Shown: piece by piece, positions 18,142 through 37,889 of the stretch
Layout: the number at the start of each line of letters is the position of its first letter
Numbering within the stretch: the stretch's first letter is position 1
Source of the DNA: the human T2T-CHM13v2.0 reference genome, Homo sapiens
Length of the DNA stretch: 64,000 nt
NCBI RefSeq assembly: GCF_009914755.1
Contig: NC_060927.1
Direction: 5' to 3' (one strand)
Translations under genes and position numbers: made by a program
Notes under the pieces: generated by a model
Told to the model about the DNA's origin: nothing
Databases searched by the model: none
What the model saw: the letters and a program-made list of their open reading frames with translations, nothing else

Positions 18142-18275
18142 CTGGTGCTATAATTCAGTCTGAATCTGAAGGCATGAAAGGCCTGAGAAGTAGGGGAGCA
18201 ATGGCGTAACTCTCAGTTTAAAACCAAAGGCCCAAGAACTGGGAGGTAGAAATGAAGCACTCGTGTACGTCCCAG

Positions 18276-19279
18276 TGTGGGCGGCAAGACACCCAGGTGC
18301 CGAGGCAAGAGACTGAGGGCACGAGCTGTTCCAGTATAATAAAATATATAAAACAACAAGAGTTATACTAGATCTCGAGCATAGACATGATTATATATGA
18401 ATATCATTAATCATTAGTTTGTAGCAATTACTCTTTATTCCAATATTATCATAATCCTCGCTCTATAATCATAACCTAGGAAAAACCAGGCCATACAGAG
18501 ATAAGAGCTGAGGGGACACAGTGAGAAGTGACCAGAAGACAAGAGTGCGAGCCTTCTGTTATGCCCAGACAGGGCCACCAGAAGGGCTCCTTGGTCTAGC
18601 GGTGATGCCAGCGTCTGCGAAGATGCCCGTTGCCAGGCGGACCGTGGTCTAGTGGTAGCGAAAAGTGTCAAGGAACAACACCCGCTACTTAGCAGACCAG
18701 GAAAGGGAGTCTCCCTTTCCCCGGGGGAGTTTAGAGAAGACTCTGCTCCTCCACCTCTTGTGGAGGGCCTGACATTAGTCAGGCTTGCCCGCAATTATCC
18801 GGAGGCCTAACAGTCTCCCTGTGATGCTGTGCTTCAGTGGTGACACTCCTAGTCTGCCTTCATGTTCCATCCTGTACACCTGGCTCTGCCTTCTAGATAG
18901 CAGTAGTAAATTAGTGAAAGTACTAAAAGTCTCTGATATGCAGAAATAATGGCATAAGCTGTCTTTCTTTTTGTCCCCTCTCTCTGCCTGGGCTGCCAGG
19001 CAGGGAAGGGCCCCCTGTCCAGTGGACACGTGACCCACGTGACCTTACCTATCATTGGAGGTGACTCACACTCTTTACCCTGCCCCTTTTGCTTTGTATC
19101 CAGTAAATAACAGCGCAGCCAGACATTCGGGGCCACTACTGGTCTCCGCGCGTTGGTGGTAGTGGTCTCCCGGGCCCAGCTGTCTTTTCTTTTATCTCTT
19201 TGTCTTGTGTCTTTATTTCTACACTCTCGTCGCCGCACACGGGGAGAAACTCACCGACCCTGTGGGGCAGGTCCCTACA
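18276..19279 (+). mobile_element. LTR13 (HERV-K13/HML-4) solo LTR
   Basis: TGTGGGCGGCAAG..CCCTACA, 1004 bp, TG..CA ends, degenerate 6-bp TSD tcccag/tcctgg. Confidence 0.85.
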
Positions 19280-20728
19280 TCCTGGAATCTGAAGGCCTGA
19301 GAATCTGGAGCTCTGATGTCTGAGGATGGGAGAAGCTGGAAGTCCCAGCTCCAGAAGAGAGTGAATTCACTATTCCTCTGCCTTTTTCTTACATCTAGAC
19401 CCTCAGCAGATTGGACAGTTCCCCGCTACATGGCTAAGGGCAGATCTTCTTTACTCAGTCCACTGATTCAAATGCTAATCTCTTCCAGAAACACCCTCAC
19501 AGACACCCAGAAGTAACGTTGTAGCAGCTATCTGGGTATCTTTTAACCAAGTCAGGTTGACACACAACATAATCATCACATCCCCTTCCTCAAATTCATA
19601 AATTAATTCCCTGTTCTGTCAGTGCCCTACGAACAGCACCCAGGCATCCTTGTTATTTGGGTTCTCATGAAGTTGGGCCAATGCGAGGTAGAAGTTGGGT
19701 TACTTCTTTCTCATTTCCCTCCTGCTGGGGTCTATGTTTCTGGCAGAGGCTGTGTCCCTGTGTCCTGCTGAGGGTCTTCCTCTCCCAAGGCTCTAGGTCT
19801 CTCCAGGCCCCTTCTTCACCATTTCCTCCCCTTGCTCCTTCCTCAGGTCTCTAAGTGTCTCTGTATTCCTTGTCAGTGCCCTTAACCTTGACCACAACTC
19901 TGCAACTAGTTTCTTCATTAAATCTTGTTGAGTTATACTCTTTTTTTTTTTTTTTTAGTTATCTGAGGTATTTTGTTTTCTGCCAAGATTCTAATTGATT
20001 ATTATGTTACATCGATGGGAAAAAGAATAAATGCAAGACAAGGGGATCAGGAGTCAAAATGGTCAGAGTAAGCCGCATTGAGAAAGGGAACATTTGAGCA
20101 AAGACCTGAGGAAGTCCATACATTGCCCCTATTTAATTTAATTTGTTATTTTATTAATTTTCCCTAGGCCTGCATGCTTAATCCAATTTCTATTCTTTTT
20201 TCCCACAGGTAAACACTCTTAGGTATTTAATGTGTGTTCTAAATATATATGCATGTATATATATATATATGCATACATACGCACATATAAGTATATACAT
20301 TTTCTAAATACGCATACACACATATATATACATTTATATATACACATACACATATATACATAAATACTCATGAACAGTATGTTTTTAATTGCATAAATGG
20401 TTTTGTGCTACATCTCATTTTGCTTAATTTATAACACAAACTTATGTTTTTGAGATTTTTCCTTGATGATACATGGATTTAGCTAATTATGTAAACTGCT
20501 GTGTTTTCATATGCAAATTATATCATTTGCATATATTTTATTTATCTCTTCAATTAATGAGCATTTAAGTTATTTTTAATTATTATTATAATGAATTTTA
20601 TAACATTTTACTAAAAACAACATTTAAGTTATTTTTAATTCTCTATTATTATAAAGAATTTTGTAAAAAAAAGAATTTTGGTACATGTCCTTTAGCATGT
20701 CGTTTTGCATATCTGAGTAAGATTTTAC

Positions 20729-20842
20729 ATTCTCAAAAGATATGAAGCCCTTAACTGGAGTACAGCTTTCACTAAAAAGAATGTTCAAAGAAATAATGTA
20801 AAGTTAACAAAGAAAATGAGTCAACTCCCATTCTGGTATATT
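20729..20842 (-). pseudogene. Pseudo-exon EYTRMGVDSFSLLTLHYFFEHSF**...
   Basis: ttcttcctcacctag acceptor, gtaaaa donor, 114 nt phase 1/1; resembles GREB1L LSVENMILLTIQYLV. Confidence 0.6.
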
Positions 20843-20871
20843 CTAGGTGAGGAAGAATAGCATTCTTCAGT

Positions 20872-21163
20872 CTTTTTTTTTTTTTTTTTGAGACTGAATT
20901 TCACTCTGTCGCCCAGGCTGGGGTACAATGGCGCAATCTCGGCTCACTGCAACCTCTACCTCCAGGGTTCATCAAGTGATTCTCCCGCCTCAGCCTCCAG
21001 AGTAGCTGAGATTACAGGCACCCACCACTGTGCCCAGTTAATTTTTGTATTTTTGTAGAGACAGGGTTTCACCATGTTGGCCAGGCTGGTCTTGAACTCC
21101 TAACCTCCTGCCTCAGCCTCCCAAAGTACTGGGATTACAGGCATGAGCCACCATACCCAGCCT
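20872..21163 (-). mobile_element. AluS-like
   Basis: Reverse Alu dimer. Confidence 0.9.
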
Positions 21164-21397
21164 CTTAATTCATTTTTCACTTTAAAATGAAACCTGCTGG
21201 TTCACAGAAAAAAAATTCTCAAAAATTAAGTAACCAGCAAAATCATCTTGAAGCACAAGATGTAAACACAACAGAAATATTTTGAAATTTTTGACTATCA
21301 TATAACCAAGAAGAAAGGTGTTTGAGATTGAATATATTTAGGGAGTTCCAATTTATGTAAAAGTATGTAACATGAGCCAATAGTTTAAGTTCCTCAC

Positions 21398-22183
<786 letters not shown>

Positions 22184-22230
22184 TGAAAAAAATATGGCAG
22201 AGTTGAAGTAGATAAGAAAGGAATGAGATA

Positions 22231-23210
<980 letters not shown>

Positions 23211-23499
23211 TCAGCCCAACTCACCTAAACATTGCAAATAAAACAGATAGGTAGAGAAATGAGGAAGGTTCCCTTGCAACAAAGAGGTTATTGTTTGATT
23301 TTTTACACCCTCTTTTCCCATGGCTAGACATAAAGAAGGGGCAATTAAAATCTTTCTGATAGAAAGTAAGCGAAGCTACAGAAAAAGAAAGAATATTATA
23401 TTTTTATATACCTGAGTTTATAGACTCAGAATTATTCATATTTAATCATGGTAATCATTGTATTGATGTTACTCATGAGTATGAGTTATATGCTGTTAA

Positions 23500-24318
23500 A
23501 TCCAGTGCTTCATTGAATTTGGGCTCTGCCAGGCAATTGCCAAAGAGTGGTGTTACATGGAGCAGTTGCCACATCGACATGTAAGAATACATAACTGGAG
23601 GAATCTAGACTAACTACGCAACAACATTCATCATATGAATGACACAGAAATCCTCTCAACTCTCACATGTGTAAATGTTGGGGCCAGGACTTTACTTTCT
23701 GTGAAGTGCTCTCAATACCACTATATTCGTTGTCCCCTCTCCAAACTCTTTGGCCAGCAATCTTCCATCTAAACATTCTGAACCTTACACTTGCTTCTCC
23801 CAGCAATAAGTCTAAAGTTTGCTTCCTCTGCTACTCTGAGGTCAGCAGCTACAAGTAATTTCTGTAGACCAAGGAAGTGGAGTTACTACTTAATTCCTTT
23901 CTGAGTTCTCCTTTCTCCATTCTGAACCCTCTCAATCTTCCCAGAAGGCATGAACAAATTCCCCTCTCTGGAAGTCAGTCACAAAATTTGGCTCATATTC
24001 ACTCTCTGATGGTTGGCTCATCATCTCTTCCTGAGATTCATATGAATGCACAAAGACACACTGATAATAACCATGGATTACATAAGTGTTCTATGGTACG
24101 GATCTTCCTAAATGAAGTATCTGTTCATGATAAATACACAACGGTCAAATTGTTTTTCCTCTTAGGTCAGGCCTTTTGCCTTTTTTCCATCCATTGATGT
24201 CATGTATGTCAAATTATTATTCATGGACTTCTGTTTACTCATGAACTTTTCCCAGCTTTTGGCTTTTTATGCCACTCCATGGCATCGGCTTCTGGCAGAT
24301 TTCCCAAATATCATACAA
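23500..24318 (-). pseudogene. Candidate large degenerate exon ..HDINGWKKGKRPDLRGKTI*PLCIYHEQILHLG..
   Basis: Long protein-like frame with intermittent stops; both boundaries uncertain. Confidence 0.4.
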
Positions 24319-24470
24319 CTAGCTTATTTTATCTTTCACTAATCAATAACTGAGACAACCTCTTCAACTTAGGCACTCAGTATATAGAAACACAAATGGT
24401 TAACAACATTGTCCATCTGCTAACAAAGCAGTAATACAGATTTTCTCACTGAAAAACTGAAATATATTAC

Positions 24471-24559
24471 CTAAAGACACAGAAATAGTGACAATGAAAC
24501 AGAGTCAAGAAGGAGCTGAAGGCTGTCATGGAGTTGAATGGGGGGATGAAGGGTGAATG
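24471..24559 (-). pseudogene. Pseudo-exon [28 protein letters not shown]
   Basis: ttctgtcttacag acceptor, tag|gtaata donor, 89 nt open except terminal TAG (plausibly from CAG). Confidence 0.55.
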
Positions 24560-24861
24560 CTGTAAGACAGAACTGAACTCGGCCTTCTGCCCCTCTCTCT
24601 CTGTAGCTATGTCCCCAACTAAATACCCATCTATTATGAGACTTCATTGTAGAAGGTTTTACTGGTAGAAACAAACATCTAAGAATTGTCCAGATCATCA
24701 GTCCTCATCATAAAATTACCCACTAAGTGCTTTTCTCTGCATTTGCCCCAAAACAACTGGCAAAATACTTCCACTGTGACTTTGTTGTTGTTGTTCAGTA
24801 GCCTCTTTCTCTTTCCATTTTCTGTGGCTTAATGTCATTGATTACTTTGTAAATAATTTAC

Positions 24862-25198
24862 CTAGTAGGTAATACTGAATTTCTGTGAAGCATTTGATCT
24901 CTTCCAATATTTATAGACTTTAGAATAGTAGCAGCAAGTGCAGGGTTTTCACTAATGAACCAGGGAATTTAAAATTCCAAAACCAGTTGTATCATTAAAA
25001 CTTTAGCGTTCCTATTTCCCTGAGCGTGATTTGATTCCATATCATTTTCTGCTGCTGGGCTGTAGGAGGATTATAGGTCTGCTCTGATGAGCAAGCACCA
25101 GAACCCAGCTGGGGGCAGAATGTGATAGCAACACAAATAACAGAGGTTTAGCAATAATCTCCTCGGGTAAGGGACAGAGCAAAGACATTGACAGGTGT
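24862..25198 (-). pseudogene. Pseudo-exon HLSMSLLCPLPEEIIAKPLL..HQSRPIILLQ..
   Basis: ttgcag acceptor, tag|gtaaat donor; resembles GREB1L IVPENLL..VRPVILIG. Confidence 0.6.
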
Positions 25199-25974
25199 CT
25201 GCAATTAATTTCAAAGCTTTTGTACAAGCTAGAATTGAATTTTAAATCTCTTGATCAGAAAAGTCAACAATAGTGTGACATCCATCAATAATTCATCATT
25301 TCTAAAAATCCTTTGAGCATATCTAAGCGAACATCAGTTTGGAAATGAAAAAAATGTGAATTCCCATCCCACCTCTAGCATTTATTTAACGTGACATTTA
25401 AATCTTTTGTGCTTCAGTTTCCTGACACTTAAAAAAAAAAGAGTTGCTTATTATTTTAATGAGACTAATGCTTACACTCTGAGTTACTTGTAAGGTGATT
25501 GGTTACTTTAATGTTATTATAAGTAATTTGCATTTCATCCTTCGGTCCATTATTTTATTTACAAATTTTTTAAAATTTTGCTGAGCATTATTCTACAATA
25601 TAATGCACTGTAACAGTAATTGCTAGTTGCTTCTTAATGTTTATTATCTCCTTTTCTCTTTGGTAACGAAACTCTTATTTTTATCTTGGCATGTTTATAT
25701 CTAGGAAAAGACTACCATTCCCCACTTCAGTTGCACCTAGATATGGCTGTGTGACTAAGTTCTAATCAATAAGATAGTTGCAGAAATATGTGGAGACTTC
25801 TGGGTAATCTCCCATAAGAGAATGACTGCATTCTTTCTTTTATTTTTCTTACTGCTTAGAATGGAGATACAGGTAGCTGGAGCTCTAGCAGTCATATGCA
25901 AACATGAGGATGAGTGTCATATCACAGAGAAGGGACACCAGAGAAATGCAGGGAGCCTAGGTTTCTGAGCCTAG

Positions 25975-26721
<747 letters not shown>

Positions 26722-27512
26722 TTACCCTGTATCACATATTATATTTGCCCAAATATCCACTGATATGTCTGCTTAAATACTTATTTTGTAAAGTGAATTC
26801 ATAAAGTTTTTCCTCAGTTAAAGATAATGTGCCTTTAATGAGAGACACCAAGCCTGACCCACCCAGCTAAGCTGCTCCCAGATCCCTGACCTACAGAAAC
26901 TGAGATAATAAATGTTTATTGTCCTTAAAAAAAAAACTGATATGCCTGATAAGAAAGCTCATTTACATAATAATTAACATTTTAAGATAAAGATTCGTCT
27001 AGTACAGAACGTAGGCAACCACATATAAATCACATATAAACCACATATAAAATTTGGCATATCTAAAAAGTTTAGTCAATAATAAGGATGTAAGAAAAAT
27101 GGTAAAGATTAACCTGAATGAAAAAAGGAATCAATTCCTTACTGTGTAATACATGATGGATATTACTGTTTTATGGTCCAACATGGAGTTAAATCTGTGA
27201 ACGTTCATTCATTGTTCTCACCTCAGAATCAGAGGTCACTCTTATTAACATTTTTTGAGAGTCTACATACTAGAAACTGAGCAAGATGTTGGAACTATTT
27301 CTTGTTTAAATGTCACAAATTTCTGGAATGTGATACTAGACTGTATAGCTAGTGTAGAAACTATAGCTAAGAGAAGTTGGCTATGTTGGCTGAGGTCACA
27401 CATGGATAAGTAGTAAAGCTCACATTTAAATTAGACCCTCTGACATTATGCACTTTTATTAACCCTTGGCCAAACTGACACTCCAGTACTTGACTAACTC
27501 AAATGTTGAGCC

Positions 27513-27883
27513 TTGTCTTAGTCTGAGCATTGTCTTATTTTGTGCTGCTATAATAAAATATTAATACCTAAGACTGGATATTTATTAAGAACAGAAATTT
27601 ATTTCTTCACAGTTCTGGAAGGTGGGGAGTCCAAAATCCAGGTACTAGTATCTGGTGACAGCCTTCTTACTGTGTCATCCCATGGTGGAAGGTCAGAAAG
27701 TAAGGGAGAGGGAAAAAAATGGACCAAACTTGCCCGTTTATAATGACTCATTCCCTCAATAATGTATTATTCTATTCATGAGGGTGGAGCCCCCCTTATT
27801 AAGCCCCACCTCCCAATACACTATTGCACTGGGAATTAAGTTTTCAACACATTCTTTTTGGGGGACACAGTCAAACCATGGCA
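27513..27883 (-). mobile_element. MST/MLT1 (MaLR) solo LTR
   Basis: tgtcttagtc..cacagttctggaagg..ccccacctcccaatac..caaaccatggca. Confidence 0.75.
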
Positions 27884-28171
27884 AGCATCTAAAAAAAAGT
27901 ACATGAACAAATCCAATAGCTTTAAACTACATGATACAATGGGATGAGTGTCCTAAGTCTCAAAACATTTGCTGTGCAATGAGCTTCTTTTATAAATGTA
28001 ACAAACATGCCATCCTTGAGTCATAAGTAGCTATAACCCTGGTTACAAATATCAACAGGTTGGAGGACACAAAAGCGCTTTATTGTATAGACTTGAATAA
28101 TGAATAATAAAGATACATAATTTAGTATTTCTCGTCCAAGGGTCCTAGAAAGTTTTATAAGCCTATATAGC

Positions 28172-28340
28172 CAGGATCAGCAAACTTCATGTAAAAAGGG
28201 AAGATAAACATTTTAGGGTGTGTAGGCCTGTACAGTCTTGCTCACATATCCTTTGTTTTGTTTTGTTTGTTTGAAATCCTTTTAAAATGTAAAACAAGCC
28301 CAGGACAGATATTATTCTTTGTAGTTTGCCAATTTCTGCA
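28172..28340. mobile_element. MER58-like hAT MITE
   Basis: caggatcagcaaact..gtagtttgcc terminal inverted repeats. Confidence 0.55.
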
Positions 28341-28683
28341 AGAGAAATAATTATTCTTGTATTCAAAGCAACCACAAAAAACAAACTTCCTGGCCACTAA
28401 GAAGAAAGTTAACGCCCTTGACCTAATCCCAAAGTGGTGCTACTAAACTATGAACCATAAGATTGACATTGAGGATAGTGATTAACACTTGCTTCTGCAT
28501 TGTCAGGGACCCAATACTGTAATCTTTCATTTATATTCTAGTGCAAACACAGCAGTCTTCTGAACTGTCTACTATTTGGGGGGTTTACTCCTGGAAATAA
28601 GTAGTATGATTCTCCTATTATATATAAAAATAGACTCAGATGTGAAAAATTAAAATACTTATTCAAGGTGACATAGATTTTAA

Positions 28684-29023
<340 letters not shown>

Positions 29024-29039
29024 CCATATGACTTTCCTT

Positions 29040-30188
29040 ATTCTTTCTATTGAGAACTTATCTTCTGAAAGTAGAATATTATTTTCTTAGTACACATGAA
29101 TATTTGTCAAAGGTGTATTGGAATTTTCTAAAGACTTCAAAGATAACATTTTCTTGAACTCTCTCAATTTTTATCATGCACATTTCCATAACTTTCTTCA
29201 ATGATTGATCTACTATGGAAAGCAGCTGCTATGGAACAATCTGATTTACATACTGAATGTCTTAAACTGTCTGGATGAAGATAATGTAGTCATAACATCT
29301 ATTTTCTTTTATTCAGTTAACTGGGAAATCAATCACTTAGTCGAATTCACATTTTCAGGCTTATCAAACTTCAAAATTCAAAAGGATTTTGTTTACTTTC
29401 AGATTAGCAAACCATATGCTCTCTGAAGCTTCAAAATTTTGATCTCTCAATAAAACTACATTTCTAGGTTTCAAAGCACTTGAAAAGCTTTTACTTAGAG
29501 CAGGACAAAATATCAAGTGGATTATGGGCTTGCATCAATTCCCAAAGGTAATTGTTTGATTGTAATGCAAAGTTATTTTAATTATCACTAAACTCACTAT
29601 GGCTGGAATCACCACAGAGCTATAACCAGCAGAAAATTACATATGCATTAAATTGAAAAGCTCATAACTATGGACATTATTTTCATTACTTTTGAACTGT
29701 AACCATTGTGGTACATGGTAATTTGTAGTGAATATAAAAACCCAATTATGAAGTAGTTATACTTCTCATAATCGCTCTATTGTCTTAATTGTGCATCCTG
29801 CTTTCTGGCTGCTAGACTTGAAGTCGATCATATCAAGTAAGACTTAAAATCAGAAATATAATGCCATTAATGTAATAATTCTTTATTCTAATTTGTCTTT
29901 AATTCAAATGAGCAAACCCAAGAAGCTAATTAACTGGTCCCGGAGGTAAATGCCAAGATCTCTAAAGTGGCTGGTTCATAGGCTTTTTTTCCCTCTGGAG
30001 GCCAACTGCTTAGCTTCAGAAAATAGGTAACAGGCATACAGGCATAAATTTGACCATTTGTAAAGGACAAAGCAGCAGGAAGCTTATTGATATTCTTCTC
30101 TTTTTATTTTCTTCAAGCTGCAGGCTTGACAGCCAGTTTTCCTGAGAATTGATTGCTTAGACAAAAGATGAACTTGAAATATATTCAG
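29040..30188 (-). pseudogene. Candidate large, heavily decayed linker exon(s)
   Basis: Non-repeat DNA with protein-like open stretches (EYISSSSFV*AINSQENWLSSLQLEENKKRR..), placed where GREB1 has its poorly conserved linker. Confidence 0.3.
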
Positions 30189-30291
30189 CTTTTAAAGGGG
30201 AGAAAAAGTGATAAAATATGAAAGGCTGTACTTATGTGCTGATATTGAATGAAACCCATAGCAATGAATTTCAATCTGATCATTAGATTAC

Positions 30292-30538
30292 ATGTGTTGA
30301 TTTTATGTCTGCATAAGGTACTAATTTGCTTTAGAATCCTGTTTCCTTTCAGAAGAGTGACCTTGGGAGGAGTGACCTTTTATACAAGTGCCCAAAGAGT
30401 AGAAGCAATAAATATAGTATATGGCCAGGGTGACAAGAGGGCAAAGCTACACCTTCACATTAGATATGCAGGTCTTGATTCTGTTATTCATGCCAGTGCT
30501 CCCACAGAGCAAACATAGCCATAAACACTTCTATTTTC
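30292..30538 (-). pseudogene. Pseudo-exon KIEVFMAMFALWEHWHE*..GHILYLLLLLFGHLYKRSLLPRSLF*KETGF
   Basis: Phase-2 start fits exon 34703-34880; resembles GREB1 HLKYYLV..GTLTKGPLICWKGSEF; splice sites weak. Confidence 0.6.
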
Positions 30539-30847
30539 CTACACGTCTACATATTTCCTTAAAATAGAAGGGTGGATAAACATTCCACAAAACATTCTAG
30601 CTACCCAGGGCATTGTGAGACCTGAAAATGGAATTGAGGTGGATTTCTTATAATAACCCAGATTTTACCTAACTGATCTCCTTGCGTCCACCTCCTGTTT
30701 CCTTTTTTTGTTTGTTTGTTTTTTGTTGTTGTTTTGGTTTTTTTGTTGTTGTTGTTGATATGACCACTATATTTATTATTAACAAATCAAATGTGGAGAA
30801 GGAAGGCTAGGTGAGATTATCAAAGGATTCCAAAGCATTTCAGTTGC

Positions 30848-31144
30848 TTTTCTTTTCTTTTTTATTTTTTTCAAGACGGAGCTTTGCTCTGTTGCCCAGG
30901 CTGAAGTGCAGTGGCACAATCTTGGCTCATGGCAACCTCCACCTTCTGGGTTCAAGCAATTCTTCTGTCTCAGCCTCCAGGGATTACAGGTGCCCGCCAC
31001 CATGCCCAGCTAATTTTTGTATTTTTAGTAGAGATGGAGTTTCACCATGTTGGCCAGGCTGGTCTGGAACTCCTGACCTCTTGATCCGCCCACTTCAGCC
31101 TCCCAAAGTGCTGGGATTACAGACTTGAGCCATCGTGCCCGGCC
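30848..31144 (-). mobile_element. AluS-like with TSD ttcagttgcttttctt
   Basis: Reverse Alu with flanking direct repeat. Confidence 0.92.
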
Positions 31145-31526
31145 CTTCAGTTGCTTTTCTTTGTCCATTTTGAGCTTCTCCACTTACTGACTTACTGAGT
31201 CCAAAGTGGGAAATTGCTGGTGATTTCCTGAAATTTTCAGTAATACCTGTATCAAAGTTATGAACTCTCATCATAAGCTTGTGTTCATCAGTCATTGTTG
31301 GGATACTCATTTGGTTTTCTTTAAATTTTCTTTTTTTGAATTACTCATATTCACACAATGAAAAATACCTGTTTTATCTCTGTCTTCCAGTCACCCAGTT
31401 CCTCTCTCTAGAGTCAATCAACATTATAAGTTGAATTTATCTTTTTCTCCTCTCTTTTGAGGAATATGATGGCAATCTATATTCTATTTGTTACTTTAAT
31501 TTTTTTCCTTTTTAGCAATCCATTTA

Positions 31527-34210
<2,684 letters not shown>

Positions 34211-34702
34211 TGAATTCTGTGATTACAGCATAAACGCATCATAACTAAAGGCACTGAATTTAAATTGGATCACTCAAATAGTATATTCCATAAAAATCAA
34301 ATACAGTCATTTTATCACTATTTAGGGCAAAAATCAATACAGCCATCTATTCTGTATTTTTATTCACTTCTAGCCACATATGATTATTTACGTGTGAGGA
34401 CTATATGTTACTTCAAAAACTTCAAAGTTCAGTGTGCCCATCTTAGGTTTTGTAACCATTGAGATATAAACTGAGAGGGGAGGGGAAATTAAGATTTGTC
34501 TGTTATTGACTTTGTCTCCATGACCTTTTAAGCATAACCAAAAGTCTATGTGCTTCTTTAAAATTGGTAAAAAGGAAATAACCAGCCAAATACTGGCATA
34601 GTTCTACTGCCTTTTCTGTCCTGCTATTACATGGTGAAAAGCACATGCACACACAGACATCTGTATGTGCAGCCCACAGAGACCAAACATGTTTTTCCAT
34701 AC

Positions 34703-34880
34703 CTCAAGACAGTGTGCTAAGAAAGCAGAGGAAAGAAGAACAAAAGCCTTTTCAGTTTTCTGCCCCTATCAAAATGTAACATAATTTCCTGTCCTAGCAT
34801 TGAATTCTGAAATTCAGTTGTCACCAAAAGTCGCAGCAATGGTGCATCACAGAATCTTTGGGCTGTGATAACCAGCTGGC
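34703..34880 (-). pseudogene. Pseudo-exon GQLVITAQRFCDAPLLRLLVTTEFQNSMLGQEIMLHFDRGRKLKRLLFFFPLLS*HTVL
   Basis: attgttccag acceptor, gag|gtatgg donor, 178 nt phase 1/2, one TAG; resembles GREB1 FTEFSNHINL..KKQKHLKYY. Confidence 0.72.
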
Positions 34881-35267
34881 CTGGAACAATATGCATGCCC
34901 CTTCTCACATACTCTAATATACACGGCAGATCCAGGGAAAACCGCAGTGAGTCAATAATGTATGAATTAAAAACAAACTAGCAAAGGAATGATATGAAGA
35001 TACTGTTAAGATATAGAGGAGGAAAACGGCAGCAAAACTTAGAAACTAAGAGAGCATTTACAACAAAAAATCAACTGCAGATGAAAGTTATGATCATATA
35101 TTTCACTATGAATTGTACCAAAAGCTTAACGAGTCAATTCCTTAATGAAAGAAGGTCTTAAGGAAAAAATGAAAAACTTGAAAAAAGAAATGACAAAAAC
35201 AACAGAAGGAAAAGAAACCTGAGAAATGTCAGGAAATAAGTAGAAGGAAAAAATATAATGGAAGTGA

Positions 35268-35855
<588 letters not shown>

Positions 35856-37310
35856 TTAGAAAAAAATAATATTTTTTTCTAATTTATTAGAAAAGCAAGA
35901 GCTGGGTGAGGTGGCTGACGCCTGTAATCCAGCACTTTGGGAGGCAGAGGCAGGAGGATTGCTTAAGCCCAGGAGTTCGAGACCAGCCTGGGCAACATAG
36001 TAAGACGCTGTCTCTATTAAAAAAAAAAAAATTAAGAAACAGAAAAAGAAGGCAGTAAGAGATCCAACCCATACATAATTGTATTTCCAAAAGTAAAAGA
36101 ACAGAATAAGAAAATGGAGCCAATAGGCCAGGCACAGTGGCTCACACCTGTAATCCCAGGACTTTGGGAGGCCAAGGTGGGCGGATCACGAGGTCAGGAG
36201 ATTGAGACCATCCTGGTTAACACGGTGAAACCCCGTCTCTACTAAAAATACAAAAAATTAGCCAGGCGTGGTGGCAGGAGCCTGTAGTCCCAGCTACTCT
36301 GGAGGCTGAGGTAGGAAAATGGTGTGAAACTGGGAGGTAGAGCTTGCAGTGAGCCGAGGAGCCGAGATGGCGCCACTGCACTCCAGCATGGGCGACAGCG
36401 TGAGACTCCCTCTCAAAAAATAAAAATAAAAATAAAAAAAAGAAAGAAAATGGAGCCAATATAAAAGATATGTTTCAAGTAAACATCCCTGATATAACAT
36501 TTGAAGAGTTCACCATGTGCCAAAGAATATTGGCCCAAAACACTGAGACATATCCTACCCAGTAAAGTTACTAAACCTTGATGTAAAAAAAAAGGAATAC
36601 TTTGGAAAGCCAAGCACTGTCTGGTAATATTCTATTATTTATTTTGATGGTGGTTACTCAGGTGTGTGCATTTGATGAAATAATTCATCAAACTGTACAC
36701 ATATGATTAGTGCATTTCTCTTTCTCACTGTGTGCATATATATATAACATATATATTTAAAACATATAGAGAGTATATAATTTTAAAAGTTAAAAACCAA
36801 TATGAACCAAATAACATGGTATCAATATATACATAGCAAAAAGCATAGAAGATGCAGGGGAAATAGAAATAACTATTAGTAAATTTTAATTTTACTCTCT
36901 CAGTACGTAAGAGATCAAATGGACAGACAGAAGTACACAGGTCTAAATAACATAATTAATAAGGTATATATAAATATTATATTTGAACACTGCTGAAAAT
37001 AGAGAATGCATCTTCCTTTACAGAGCTCATGAAACTTTCAGGAAAATTGACTAAATATTGTCCTCAAAAAAAAAAATCAATAAATTTCAGAAAGTAAAAA
37101 TTATTTCAGAAGGAAATAAAGTTAAACTAACTCCCGGCTGGGCACGGTGGCTCACACCTGTAATCCCAGCACTTTGAGAGGCCGAGGCGGGCAGATCACC
37201 TGAGGTCGGGAGTTCAAGACCAGCCTGACCAACATGGGGAAACCCCGTCTCTACTAAAAATACAAAATTAGCAGGGCATGGTGGCACATGCCTGTATTCC
37301 CAGCTACTCA

Positions 37311-37415
<105 letters not shown>

Positions 37416-37889
37416 TCAAAAAAAAACACTAACTCCCCCACAAAAAGCATAAGACTCAGATGGTTCCACCAAAATTTTAAAGAATGAATGAATATGTGGT
37501 ATTACATAGAATAAGAAGGAAAACTTTCCGATTATTTTTGAGAAAGCAAAATTGAAATCAGAACTAGAAAAGATTTTAAAAGGAAAGAACAAAGAAAGGG
37601 AGGGAGGGACTACAAATTCATCCCACTAACGAATAGTAATGTAAAAATCTAAAGTAAAATGTTAAAAACTGGAATTCATCCCATCAGCAAAGAAAAAAGT
37701 CTCGAAAAGAAGTTTATTATACAAATGCAAGAGTATTTTAATATTATGAAATTTATTAATATAATTATCTATGTAATTAGACCTAAGGACAAAACTTATA
37801 TAAATATCTCTACAGTCATTAAAATACATTTTTATAAAATTTCACACTCATTCTTGATAAAACATACTAAAATAGGAATAAGATAATAT

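Larger units (their letters stand above)
17722..19580 (-). mobile_element. MLT2 (ERVL) solo LTR, interrupted by an L1 fragment and LTR13
   Basis: ggttctccagaaaaacagacccaatagg at left end; aaacaccctcacagacacccag..ttgacac..catcaca at right end. Confidence 0.8.

Noticed and set aside
18435-19238. ORFs of 87-129 aa in the GC-rich segment
   Set aside because: They lie entirely inside the LTR13 solo LTR
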